Below are positions 25,550-37,579 of a DNA stretch of 64,000 nucleotides, piece by piece; within the stretch, counting starts at the first letter, position 1, and each line of letters begins with the position of its first letter. This DNA comes from Lama guanicoe (Eukaryota). The stretch is from NCBI GenBank assembly GCA_013239625.1, contig MU053588.1:645988-709987 (forward strand), given 5' to 3'. The notes below the pieces were generated by a model that had not been told where the DNA came from, searched no databases, and saw nothing but the letters and a program-made list of their open reading frames with translations. The position numbers and the translations under genes are program-made.

Positions 25550-28137
25550 ACTGTTTAGTTTGGTAGTGACTTGTAGAGCAGAGAAAGTTAATACCAGGTT
25601 TCCTCTTTTTGGAAATTAGACTGGTGGCTTTTTTTTGTTTTCTTTTTTTTCCTCTGCTCGCATGAAGTGTTTACCTGTCTGCTCCTAACTGTGAAGAAAG
25701 GGTGGGCGGAGTGTTGAGGGAGTGAGAAGGAAACGGGGGCTATTTCTCTCTGGAGAAGCCATCAGAGAATGTTGAGCTCCCTGGGAAGGCAAACTTGTGT
25801 ACCAGTGGGGCATCCCAGCCTCTTTCCAAGGAATCATATACATGTAAAGCGCCCACAGCCTGTGTGTGGAGTGGTGCCCAGTGTCAGCTCTCCCCCCGCC
25901 TCCCCAGTTCCCTGTCTGGCCTTATCTCTGACCTCTCAACTGCTGCTGGCTGTTCTCCAGCTACACTGGCCTCCTGCTCTTCCTCCCTCAGGGCCTTTGC
26001 CCCTGCTCTTCCCTCTGCATGGGACACTTCCCTGCTATCCCCAAAGCTCCCACACCCTTCAGGTCTCTGCTCAAATGTCACCTTCTTAGTGAGGCCTCCC
26101 TCCTTATTAAACAGCACCTGCTCCATCACAGTCTGGCCCTTTGCTTTATTTTTCTCCAAAGTGTGGCCACTTGGCATGTTTATTATACCCTCCTCCCTGA
26201 CTGTGGGCTCCATGGAAGCACAGGTGCTTCTGTCTGTCCTTGTAGAACTGTCCCTGGCATGTGGTAGGTGTGGGATAAACTATTTTATGAGTGAATTTAC
26301 GATGTTGTCTGAGGAAGGGTGGCTGTCCCCATTTGGGTTTGGGGGGGAGAACGTCAGCGTATCCGCAGATCTGTGGCTGCGGGGGAGGCGGCATGCACAC
26401 ACCCTCGCCATGGTCACTCAGTGGTCCTCGGGCCTGCCTGCAGCATCCAGCCCTCCAGCCTCTTGCCCCTCAGCCCTCTGTGCAGCCCCGGCCCTGGCAG
26501 TGGCTCATCCAGGCAGCCTGGCGCACGTGGCCTGGAACAGATGGCCTTAGGCCTAGTGAGTTTAGAGGATGTATGCACGTTAACTCAGGTGGGGAAGGCT
26601 TTGTGAAAGACGCCACCTGCACACACGCATCCCTGGGTATATGGAAATCTGCCTTTATTGTCAGGCCCTCTTGGGTGTTCCTGCAGTAGTGGGGGTCAGG
26701 GAGTGCTTTGGAAATAGGAATTAACCTTCCAGACAGAGTTTATCAGTCTCCCCTGCTTTAACAGGCAATAATTCTTGTTCTGGGACTGAACAGGTTTTAA
26801 TTAAACCATGAGCTTCAAGAGTCTGACTGTGTAATAGCTGACACCTCCTGATCTGTTTTCTGGCTTTGAGTGTCAGCAATTGAGTCTGTAAAAAATATCC
26901 AGGGCAGGGCTTCCCCAGGCTCCGTAAAGCAAGGTCAGTGGCCCTCTCAGATTTCTCCCAACAGCACAAGGCACTGACGGACTGAGGTGTGTGTTGCCTT
27001 AACACACATCATCACACCTTGGGGCCTGCTGCTATTTCAAGGATGTGCAAGGTGTCAGAGGAGCTGCTTCTCCAACATCCAGCTGTGTCCTTTGAGCTCC
27101 AAGTGCGATGATTTTGGAGCTGGGTCGGGGACCCTTTTGGGAGGCCATTGCACATAATGCTCAAGTCCCAGCACTGCCCAAGCTCTCAGCACAGCACTTA
27201 GCTTCTCCAGGCTTCAGTTTCCTTGTCTGGAAAAATGGGAGTAATTTACAGCACCTGCATGAAATGAGACGTTAAAGGGAGATCAGGTGACCTAGCCAGC
27301 CCTGTGTCTAGTATGTGGAGAGCACTCACTTAATGGGGATGATAATTATTTTTATGAATTGATTTCAAGCCCCCTTAGAATTCTTTCCAGCCCCTCTTGT
27401 GGGCTGGACTCTCTTCCCCTCCTCTCTACCCACCCCTACGTCAGCCTCCTCCTACAGTCCTTTACCCCTGGGAACAGCTGCATATTGTGTGTGTCTTTCC
27501 ACATGCTTCTCCATTGTTTTATCAGCCTATAGGGGGAAATATTACCCTATAAAGGATATTACCCTCATTTTCCTGCACTTTGCTTTTCTTACATGGCAGT
27601 ACTGTGTGGAAATGCCTCCAAGTTCTCAGGTAGTGCTTAAATTTGCTCTTTTTAATGGCTATGTAACACATGGAGTGTGAGTGGACCATAATTTATTTGG
27701 CCTGGCCGTCACTGATGTGCATTCCCTTTGTTTCTAGTTGGTTTTTCCCTCCAAATTATTATTTTTATTGATAGCTTTCTTTAATTAGAATGCAGACGTC
27801 CAACCTGCTTAGCCACCTTGTTAAGCTCTAAGCCTTTGAGAATGAATAGGAAGTAGCATTAGTATAATGATGCCTCTTGCCCAGACAGGAGATGTATTTT
27901 CTGAGGGTTCCCACCAGGCCCAGCACAATGTTGAACTATCTACTTTAAATGCTTTTTAATTATAAAAATGATTAATAGATTCATCACTCTTAATACAGAT
28001 TAGGTGTGCTTAATGAGTACTTATTGTCAAATAAGAGACAGAAAGTTCATATTTTTTCATATTAACAATCTTTGTTGGAAATCAGAACATGAGCAAGATT
28101 TTACTGGAGTCTGTGATCTTTTTTAGGTGATACTTTA

Positions 28138-28228
28138 CTTATTTATTTAATGAGGGTACTGGGGATTGAACCCAGGACCTCATGCATGCTCAGCACATTT
28201 TCTGCCACTGAGCTGTTCCCCTACCCCC
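28138..28228 (-). mobile_element. tRNA-derived SINE (Vic-1-like) with 14-bp TSD
   Basis: SINE body gtactggggattgaacccaggacctcatgcatgct. TSD taggtgatacttta (28124-28137) / taggtgctgcttta (28229-28242). Confidence 0.88.
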
Positions 28229-28300
28229 TAGGTGCTGCTTTAGATAAGGAATATATTTGGCTTCATGAAACTTGGACAGCAGTGTAAACACGTGGCGGTT

Positions 28301-28736
28301 TGTTTCAGTTCTCTGTTGCTATATAACAGGCCACCCCAAAACGTAAAGCCTTAAACTGACAACAGTTTTTTGTTTCTCGTGAATCTCTGGTTGACTGAGG
28401 CTCACCTGGCTGGCTCTTCTGCTGGTTCTGAGTAGGGTCTCTTACGTGGTTACAGTCAGAGGATGAATGGGGCTGGAACACTCAGGATGGTTTTGCTGAC
28501 ATGGTGCCTTGGAGATGTCTGGACCTCTCTCTCTGTGTAGTCTCAGAACTTCTTCCATGCGGTCTCGCCAGCCAGGAGCTAAACTTGTAACAGACATTCC
28601 AGGGCTTCCGAAACCTTCTTAAGGCTTAGGTCCAGAACTGGCCCAGCATCAGCCCAGATTCAGTGTTGGAGGGATGATGGAAGACTTGCGTTCTGGGAGG
28701 AGTGGCCCGTGGGGGACCATCTTTGAGGACCACCAC
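28301..28736 (-). mobile_element. MaLR solo LTR (MLT1F/G-like)
   Basis: tgtttcagttctctgttgctatataacaggccaccccaaaac...ggggaccatctttgaggaccaccaca. Confidence 0.7.
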
Positions 28737-29619
28737 AGCCTTCATTTTCTTCCATAAGGAAAAGTGCAGAGGTGATCAGGACAAGATAGTGCTGCTGTTT
28801 ACCACCTCCAGTGCCCCAGCCTCCTGTTTATCTGCATTGCTGCCCATATCCCCATAGTGATAAGAAGGCTGTTCGGTCTCCAGCCCCACATCCTTGTTAC
28901 AGGCAGGAAGAAGCAAAGCTCTAAGGGAAAGAAGTAGCACCTCTGTCAGGAAACCAAAACCTTCCCTGAAATCCTCAGCCGACTTCTGCTTCTGTCTCTT
29001 TGGCTAGAACTTTGTGACAGGAACCACCCCTTGCCAAAAGGAAGTCTCAGAAGTGCAGTTTTTAAGCTGTGTTATTACCACCCTGGACAAAGCATCAGTA
29101 GAGAAGAAGCAGGGAGAATGGACATGTTGGGTCTGCATCTAGGAGTGGCCTCTTCAGGCAGCTAGAGATGTGGTGGGTAAACTGAGGCAGCATGCATTCA
29201 TTTACCAGCTGTCTCATGAGTACCTGGAACTGGCGAGGCACTGGGCTGCTCATAAAGGTTACAAGGATCCAAGAGGTGAACACATCTGAGCCTGACCAGA
29301 TAATCACTCAGCTCATGTCCCTCATGTAGGTGTTTGGAATTAGGCTGATGATCATAATAACAGCCAATCTCACTAAGTATTTAATTTGTGAAGAGGAACT
29401 ATGAACCACCTCATTTAATCTAATGGCCCTATGAAGTAGGCACTATTGTCATCACCCCCTTTTCAGATGCAGAAACAGAGGCACAGAGAGGTTAAATAAC
29501 TTGCCATAGACCCTACAGCTAAGAGGTCATGGAGCCGACTTGCAGTCTCTGGTGGTCAGGCTCCGGAGTCTGGGTCCTGGACCACTGCACTATACTGTTT
29601 ACTTTTTATAAGAAACATT

Positions 29620-30730
29620 TCTTGTTGCAATGAACCTATAAGTGACAGCAGAACAAAACACGAGACAGAAACCACTTACTACTCTATCCCTCCACCTGCT
29701 ACTTCTTGCCTCATGGGTCTCACCTGTCAGTAACTTAGTGTATGTCCTTTCTCACCTCTTTCTAAATGCATTCTGTTTTTAAAAGATGGCCTTTGGGCAC
29801 ACAGAATCAGATTAATCATAATCCTTAGTGCACGATACACTGGTATTTTTGTTCTGTGTGAAAACGTCTATTACAGTGAATAGCCAATAGCCCACTACCT
29901 GCCCAAGAACTAGAACATTACTTACCAGTAACTTACATGAAACTGTGTGGTATTTCCCATTCAATCCCCCATCTACTTTCCCAGGAGTGACCACAAACTT
30001 GAATTTTTTGTTTATCATTCTTCATCTTAAGAATTATTTTTGAACTTTTACAAATGATATTATAGTATATGTATGTATATATATATGTATATATGTATAT
30101 ATGTGTGTGTGTGTATATCTAGTTTTCTGGGACTTGCATTCTTCACTTAATGTTGTGATTGATCCAGACTGTTTGATATAGCTTCAGTTCATTAATTTTT
30201 TACTGCTTTGTAATATTCCACTGGCTGAATATACATTTTTGTTTTAGTGATTTCCATGCCAATGGATGTTTCCTTAGTTTCCAGGTTTTTTGTAATTCAT
30301 GGGCTCCTATGAATGTTGTTACACGTATTTCCTGGTGTATGTGGGCAAGAATTTCTTTGAAGAATGTACTAGGTATGAGATTGGTGGGTGTAGGATGTGA
30401 GCATCTTTAACTCTGCCAAAAATTGTCAAACTGTTCTCTAAACATTCCCACCAATGATGTATGTATAAGGGTTCCCATTGTTCGGTGTTTGTCACACTTG
30501 GTTTTGTAAAGCTTTCTTATTTTTGCCAGACTGATGGATATTAAATGAAATCTCATTGTGGTTCTAATTTATAGTCCCCTGAAGACTACTAAGGCACAGA
30601 ATCTTGTATGTTTCTTCTTATGGATATAGCTTTTTCATGCTTCTTGCTTCTTTTCTTTTTCTTACTGATTTGTAGGTGTTCTGTATACTCTGGCTACTCA
30701 CCCTGAGGCTGCAGCCTGTTTAACCTAATG
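29620..30730 (-). mobile_element. Ancient L1 (L1ME-like) 3' region with a (TA/TG) microsatellite at ~30063-30118
   Basis: cattcccaccaatgatgtatg...gggttcccattg...atctcattgtggttctaattt, typical of reverse L1. Confidence 0.7.
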
Positions 30731-30939
30731 AAAGTTTTATGATTTTCGCATCATCATTGACTTGGTTGTCTTCTCTGTTTGCTCTCCACCCAACTCCATG
30801 ATTCTGCTTTGTGTACTCCCAGCTCACAGTGATTCTCCCTCTTCTTTGAAACAGTTCTCAAATTATGGGCTTTTTATATATTTGTATAGATAGATGACTA
30901 TACTCGTTCCACCCACTCTCCCATAGGTTTGTGATCCCA

Positions 30940-31415
30940 GGTGTATCTGGATTAGATTCAACTGTGTGTAATAGAAAACTGCATATAAAACAAAATGACA
31001 CTGGTCTACACAGGTAGAAACTTATTTCTCTCTCACGTAAAGGAGCCCAGTGATAAGCATGCCAGGGCTGCACTCTAATCAGGGACTGCAGTTCTTTCTA
31101 CCTTTTTGCTCCACCATCCTTCTCCAGTTGCGTCGTGGTTCAAGACGGCTGCTCAAGCTCCAGCCATTATATCCCAGCAAGCAGGAAAGAAGGGTTGAAG
31201 ATGGGCACCCCTGTCTCTTTAAAAAAAAAAAAAAACTGAATGGAAGTTGCATGTAATAATTCTGCTTATAGACTCTTGGCCAGAACTTAGTCACAGCACC
31301 ACGTATAGCTGTAAGGGGGTCTGGAAATGTATTTCACATGGTCTTGCTCTTAGCTAAAACTCAGATTCTATTTACTAAGTTAAAAAGGGAGGATAAATAC
31401 TGGATTAGGCAGCCA
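30940..31415. mobile_element. MaLR solo LTR (MLT1J-like)
   Basis: cttatttctctctcacgtaa...caagacggctgct...ttggccagaacttagtcac...gctgtaagggggtctggaaatgt. Confidence 0.65.
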
Positions 31416-33674
31416 GCGACATTATTAGTTCTGAAATGTTCCCTAAAAATGGCTCTTAAAGGAGTTGCCAGACAGCAGGATGGTACCTAGATAGTGCTCC
31501 TTTTGATTCTTGGATTCATTACCCAAATATTTGTTGACAGTCTGTTTTGTAACGGCCATTATTCTGGGGAACCAGTAAAGAATGAAACATATGAAGTCCT
31601 ACCCTCATGGAGCTTACATTTATAAAAAGGAAGATAGATCGTAAACAAGCAAAGAGTTTATAGTAAGTCAGAAAGAGATAACAGGTGTGAAAAAGAAATA
31701 TTGGAGGATGCGTGGGATAAGAGTAAATAGCGTGTGGTACTTTTGTAGACAGAGTGGTCAGGGGAGGCCTCCTTCATGAGATGACATTGAAGCTGAGGTG
31801 AGGGAGGGGAGTGGGAGAGCCATGTGGGTGTCTATGGGAAGAGTATTTGGGGCAAAATCAGGGCCACAGTGGCCTGCCTGCTTCAGGAACTTGGGGGTGG
31901 TCTGCAGGGCTTGAAAACAGGGGAAGGAGAAGGGTGGGAAATAAGAGGATAGAGGTAGTGGGGCATCTCGTGTAGGGCTTGATGGGCCACAATGAGGACT
32001 TAGGGCTTTACCCAGGGTGATGTGGAGCTGCAGAAGGGTTCTGACCAGGAGGAAGATGTGGTCTGATCATTAGCACTTGGTAGTGAAAGTAATCATGAGC
32101 TGTCTTCTCAGAGTCACCCTACGGTTTTCAACTCCAGACACCTTTTGAGAAAGTAAATGGTGTTACATCTTATTAACCTATGACCACTCTGGTTTTATAT
32201 ATATATCTGCTGCTACCCTCTCCCACTGGATTATTTTAAAGCTAAATATTTCAGTGTTGACCTGTGAAAGATAAAGATTCTTTAAGGACAGGATGACAAT
32301 ATTATTGCCATGATTAAAATAACGATAATTGCTTGGCCTCATCCAGCGTCCAGTTAGTGTTAACCTTTCAGATCTTCTCATAAATATCTTTTTAGAGTTG
32401 ATTTGTTCCAGTCAAGATCCAACTGGTCCACTGGCAGATTTGGTTTGTGTGCCTGTTAAGTGTCGTTTAATCTCTGGATTTCCCCCTCCCTCCTTTTTTT
32501 GTTTTTCTCTTTTATAGTTTGTTGAAACAGGCCATGTCATTTGTCCTGTAGATTTTGCACAGGCTAGATCTGACTAATTGTATCCGTGTGCTGGTGTTTT
32601 ATGAGTTCTTCTGTCCCTGTGTTTCCTGTGAATGGGTAGTTGGATTTAGACACTGGATCAGATTCATAATTGAGATGTATGCACGTGCACACTTATGGTC
32701 AGGACATTCTCCTAGGTATTGCTGCATATGTATACCCATTAGGGTATGTAAAGCCTGTTGTCGCTTTCTGTGATGTTCTGTGGAGTTAACAGCTGTAAAT
32801 CACTGTTGCCTTCTCTTGGTCAGTCATATGCTTTCACTTGGGGTTTGCAAAAATCGTGACATTGTAATTCTATCCTCCTCTCCATTTATTATCTGGAATA
32901 TTCCTCTAGAGAGAAACCTCCCTCATCTATTATTCAGTTATCCTCAGGGTACTGACTGTTTTGAATTTTTGTTTACAAGAGAACTAAGTAGTGAGTGAAC
33001 AATTGGGCTGCTGGTTTCTAATCGGCTGATTTGGTCCTTGATTGAATCCAACCTTCCACCTTTGCTTTTGCATTCATTTGTGATACTTACTAGTCTCTGC
33101 TGCTGCCCGCGCGCATGTCTCGAATTTGGGAACAAACAGCTGAGCTGCGGTCACAGTCATCTCACTGCGTAGACACGGCTGCCTCAGGCCTGACCTTTGA
33201 CTGGGTGGAGCCCTGTGTGCTTGTCAGTCAGTGTAACCAGGGAGAGATGACTTCGGACTGTTGACATTTTCGTTTTCTTCCCTCTTTCCCAGGCCATGTA
33301 TTTTCAAACCTATATAGCTTCTGGAGAGTTCTTGTTCTGTGCCAGGGGATTAAACCTTTATGATGGAGGCAAGAGGTTTTCGAGCATTAGAATTTCTTCT
33401 GATCTGAAACTCCATTCCTGGACGAAAGAACAGTTAAGGCCTCTGCTCCATTAGAAAGGCTAGTCCTTCCAGTATCCTGGCCAGGGGTGAGCTCTGACCC
33501 CAGGCACTGTCGTCTGGGTCGTAAATTCTCTAGAGCACTAGCATGCTTGAAATCACTTGGATGCCTTGGGATCAGTTACGCGTTATATACCTGAGGGCTT
33601 TCTTTCCTCCTGGAGATTACAACACATTTATTCCCTCTGGATGGGGAGAGATGATTCCATGTGGATGATGCAGA

Positions 33675-34420
33675 ATTCATTCACTGACTTGTTCACTTGG
33701 CAAATATTTATTGAGCCTCACGTGTCCCAAGTGCTGGGGTCTGAGCCTGGAAAGGCCCGTCCTAGAGTTGGTGTTCACGTAGCAGGACACAGATGATAAA
33801 GTAGTGAACGCATTGATCAGGTAATTTCAGATGGGGATGAATAATGCTATGAAGTCATTAAAGCAGAATGTGTGAGGACACACCTGGAAGGTGGAGGGGG
33901 CTGTGGGAGGCTGGGTGACTGGGGTGCTTGGGGGAGAGCTTGGCTCGGGTAGTGACATGTTGGCTGAGACTCGGGTGGTACCGAGGTGCAGCCTTGTGAA
34001 AGACCTGGGGGAAGAGCCCTCCTGGCAGAAGGAGCAGCAGGTGCAGAGGTGGGAGTGAGCTTGGTGTGTCAGGGATCAGAGGAGGAGCTGGTGCAGCTGG
34101 GACGCTCAGAGAATGGGTTTGAGGGGTGGGCAGGGGTGAGAACCTGGGGAGAGTTTGGGTCTTATTCTGAGTGTCATCTCTCTCCTTCCCTCTGGCTACT
34201 GTAAGGAGCACAGATGGAAGAGGTGGGAGTGGAAGCAGGGCAAAGAGGGAGGTGGCCCAGACTGGAGTGAGCAGAGAGGTGTGGCGCCAGACCTGAATGG
34301 TGGTGTTGGCGCCTGAGAGAAGTGCATGGCCAGACAGAATTTGCCAAGGGATTGGTCAGAGTGTGTGGTAAGTGGGGTGAAAGCTCTTCCGGGGAGTTTG
34401 GGCTTGGGTCTCCAGGTTTG
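33675..34420 (-). mobile_element. L2 LINE 3' region
   Basis: attcattcac...aaatatttattgagc (reverse L2 terminus) followed by purine-rich L2 body. Confidence 0.75.
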
Positions 34421-37400
34421 GGTGGCAGCGATGACAGTCCCAGTCCCCCTTTAATATGGGCCGAAGGTCCCACTCACACACGTCTCGTTTAACCCTCATT
34501 ACAGTAAACTCTTATTCCCCGTTCTGTACCTGAGGAGACTGAGGCCCAGGGACCTGAAGCCCTTGATCCTTGTCACATAGCCACGTGGTGCTGGGCTTGG
34601 AACCTGGGCGGCCTGACCCACAGTCCAACCTTGGTCCCCTTTCTCTCACTCCAACCACAACTGTTAATTCATGATGTTGACGCAACCTGTGCCCAGGAGG
34701 AGCTGAAGGTCAGTGTCCTACATTTATGAAATCGGCAGGGGTTGGGGGGGTGGTGGATCAAGTTCACATCAGTTTCCCTTACACCATCCTGCTAATCTGA
34801 CAGGATCCTGACACGCCTTGCAATGCAGTATTTACTACAGGGCAGAAAACAGGGACTTTCTGGCTGCTGGCATATACATAACTTGACGTTTGTAAGCTGA
34901 TACTCGGGCCAGATAAGGTGGCTGTAGGCCCCAGACTTTGAGCTCTTGAGCCTGCTTAACTGATGGGGCCGAAAGTCTCCCCAACCATCAGATCCTTCTT
35001 ATCTCCTCCTCCAGCGCTCCTCATGTAAAGGGAGCTCACTCCCCATGGGGTGTGTCCTCGGTTTCCTCCAGGAGAGAGGTGGACACCTGCTCACCGCTTA
35101 CCTTTTAACAGCGCTGATAGATGCTGATCATCTGCTCTTGCCTGCATTTAGGGTGTGCAGCCCAAATTTCATACTGCTCAATTTTTTAAAATTCTGTTTA
35201 AAGAAATCTTTATTGATTTACAACTTACAGAAGGCACATGTCGGTTATAAAACAGTTCAAAGTGTAGAGCAGTGTGTAAAGCCCGGAAGTTCCGCATTCC
35301 CTTTGCGACCCTGGCACCGCCCTTCCCCTCAGCCTCCCTGCCAGCCCAGAGGTTAAATGCACCCTTCCTTGCTGAGTCTACTGTGGATTGGTTGTGTTTG
35401 TTGAGAGCTCAGGCTCTGGAGACACAGTACTTGGGTTAAAATCCCAGTTTTGCTGTGTACTGACTTGGGCCTTTACTTAATTGCTCTGTGCCTCAGTTTC
35501 CCCATCTGTAAGATGGTGGTGATGAGTCCAACCTTTTGGCTTGTGAGGATTCATTGCGTTAAGTACGAAACAGAGTGGCACCTTGTAAGTAACAAGCACT
35601 CACATGTTAGGTCTTTTTATTACACACGTATATGCATAGATTGTTCTACAGACATAATTTTTCTGGGTATAATGTTCTGCAGGTTGCATTTTCCTTGAGC
35701 AGTCTGTGGGGCACAACACTGTACACTGACTATACTTCAATTAAAAAAAATATGTATATAAACAGTCTATGTTGGAGAGCCTCTCATGGCACTGGGTCAA
35801 GGTTGGCCACATTCTTTTTTATGACTTCAGTGTTCCATCCTGTCAGTGCCCTGTTGAATATACTGGTTGTTTCCAGCCATCATTGTTATAACTCTGGACA
35901 TCTCACACACAAAAACCTTTGTTTGCTTCTTAGATTTTTCTTAGGACAAAGTCCTGGAGTTGCAATTATTGCAACAAAGTATATAAATCTGTTTAAAGAC
36001 TTGAGGTATTTATTGCTAACTTGTCTTCTGGGATCTGTTCATTAACCCTATGTATTCCTTGTTAGTTGCTCTTTTTGGGGGGGCAGGGGATTATTTCTTA
36101 CTGATTTGCAGGGTATCTTTCCATTATTGAAGGTATGAATCTTTTTATATATGTTGTAAGTTTGTATTCCTCATTAGTTTACCTTTTAATTTTTTTGTGT
36201 TATTAAGTATCATACTGGAATTTATTTTAAGGTCTAGCTTCTAATTTGAGATAGATTTTCTTCCTGATTAATTTATGGCTTCATTTTTTTTTACATCCAG
36301 TATGTGATTTTTTTTTTTTTCTGGTGCTAGGTGTGGGATAAAGATCTTAAATCCACCCTTCATTCACCCCCTACCAGTAGTTAACTAGTTGTCCTTACAG
36401 TACTGTTTGAGTAATCCATCCTTTCCCACTGAGTTGAAAAGCTTATGAGCCAGGCCCTGGTCTCAGTGTTTTAATATTGACCTTTCAGTCCTCTGCCATA
36501 ACTCAGTGAAGCAGGCTGTAATATCCCTGTTCACAGTGAGGAGACTGAAGCACAAAGAGGTGACCTTGCTCGCTTAATGTCTCACAACTTGGATGAGGCA
36601 GAGTTGGGCTTGCAATATTGTGGATTTATTCAACAATAAGCTTCCTTATTTCTAATATATTTTCAGTAGCTTTTCCTGAAGTTCTTGGCAAACCTTCCTT
36701 TTGTCCATTGGTAATAGCCATTTTGATTGCTCCTTTGCTGTTCCCTGCCCCGCTGCCCTGGCCTGGGCTTCCCTGATGATGTTAAACGGCAGTGGAGGTT
36801 GCAGGCAGACGTGCCTGCAGGCTGCCCCCTCCCCCGCAACCTCCATAGGGTCCTAGTTAGGCAGGGACTAGAGTTTTCCTGAGTACCTTTAAGTGGCAAT
36901 GAAGGGCTCATCTGTCCCCATGGCTGTGCCAAACCAGGGAAGAAGCTGGCATCAAAGGTTATAACTTGAGTACAAGCAGCAATGGGCAGCATTCTGGGGC
37001 CTTGATTAACATGAAAGAAAAAAAAGAAAAGACAATCCAGCAGGTGGGCTCTGTGGAGCCCAGCAAGGAGCTAGCACAGTGAACCCACACATGGAGAGGG
37101 GAGGCTCAGAGTTGGGACTGGTTGCCCACCTGGATCCCATGAGGCCTGACATCAGACTGCTAGTGTCGTATTTCAGCTTCGCCCCTTCCTGACGGATGGC
37201 CTTGGGCAGGTAGCTTACCCTCTCTGTGCCTCAGCTTCACCTTCTGTGAAATGGAGTGATAGTAGCTCTTACCCTAGGTTTTTGTGAGGATTAAATGATC
37301 CATGTAAGTGCTTAGAACTGTGGCTGGCACATAGTAAACACTCAAATAATGTTAGTCATTTGTTCTTCTCTGCTAAAAAGAAAGTAGATCAAGGAAAAGG

Positions 37401-37480
37401 CTAGAGAGTATCTGAAGCTACTGTTTTAGCAGAGGTGAGCAGGGCAGACCTCTGAATGCTTGGTCAAGACATGAAAGACA

Positions 37481-37579
37481 GAGGTGGGTACACGTCAGTG
37501 GTAGAGCGCATTCTTAGCATGCATGAGGTCCCGGGTTCACTCCCCAGTATCTCCTTTAAAAAAACAAAAACAAACAAAT
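37481..37579 (+). mobile_element. tRNA-derived SINE (Vic-1-like) with a perfect 13-bp TSD, inserted in an L2
   Basis: tcagtggtagagcgcattcttagcatgcatgaggtcccgggttcactccccagta plus an A-rich tail. TSD gacatgaaagaca at 37468-37480 and 37580-37592. Confidence 0.9.

Noticed and set aside
25795..26550. 251-aa plus-strand ORF
   Set aside because: Non-ATG start, overlaps an L2 remnant (~25900-26290), low-complexity peptide.
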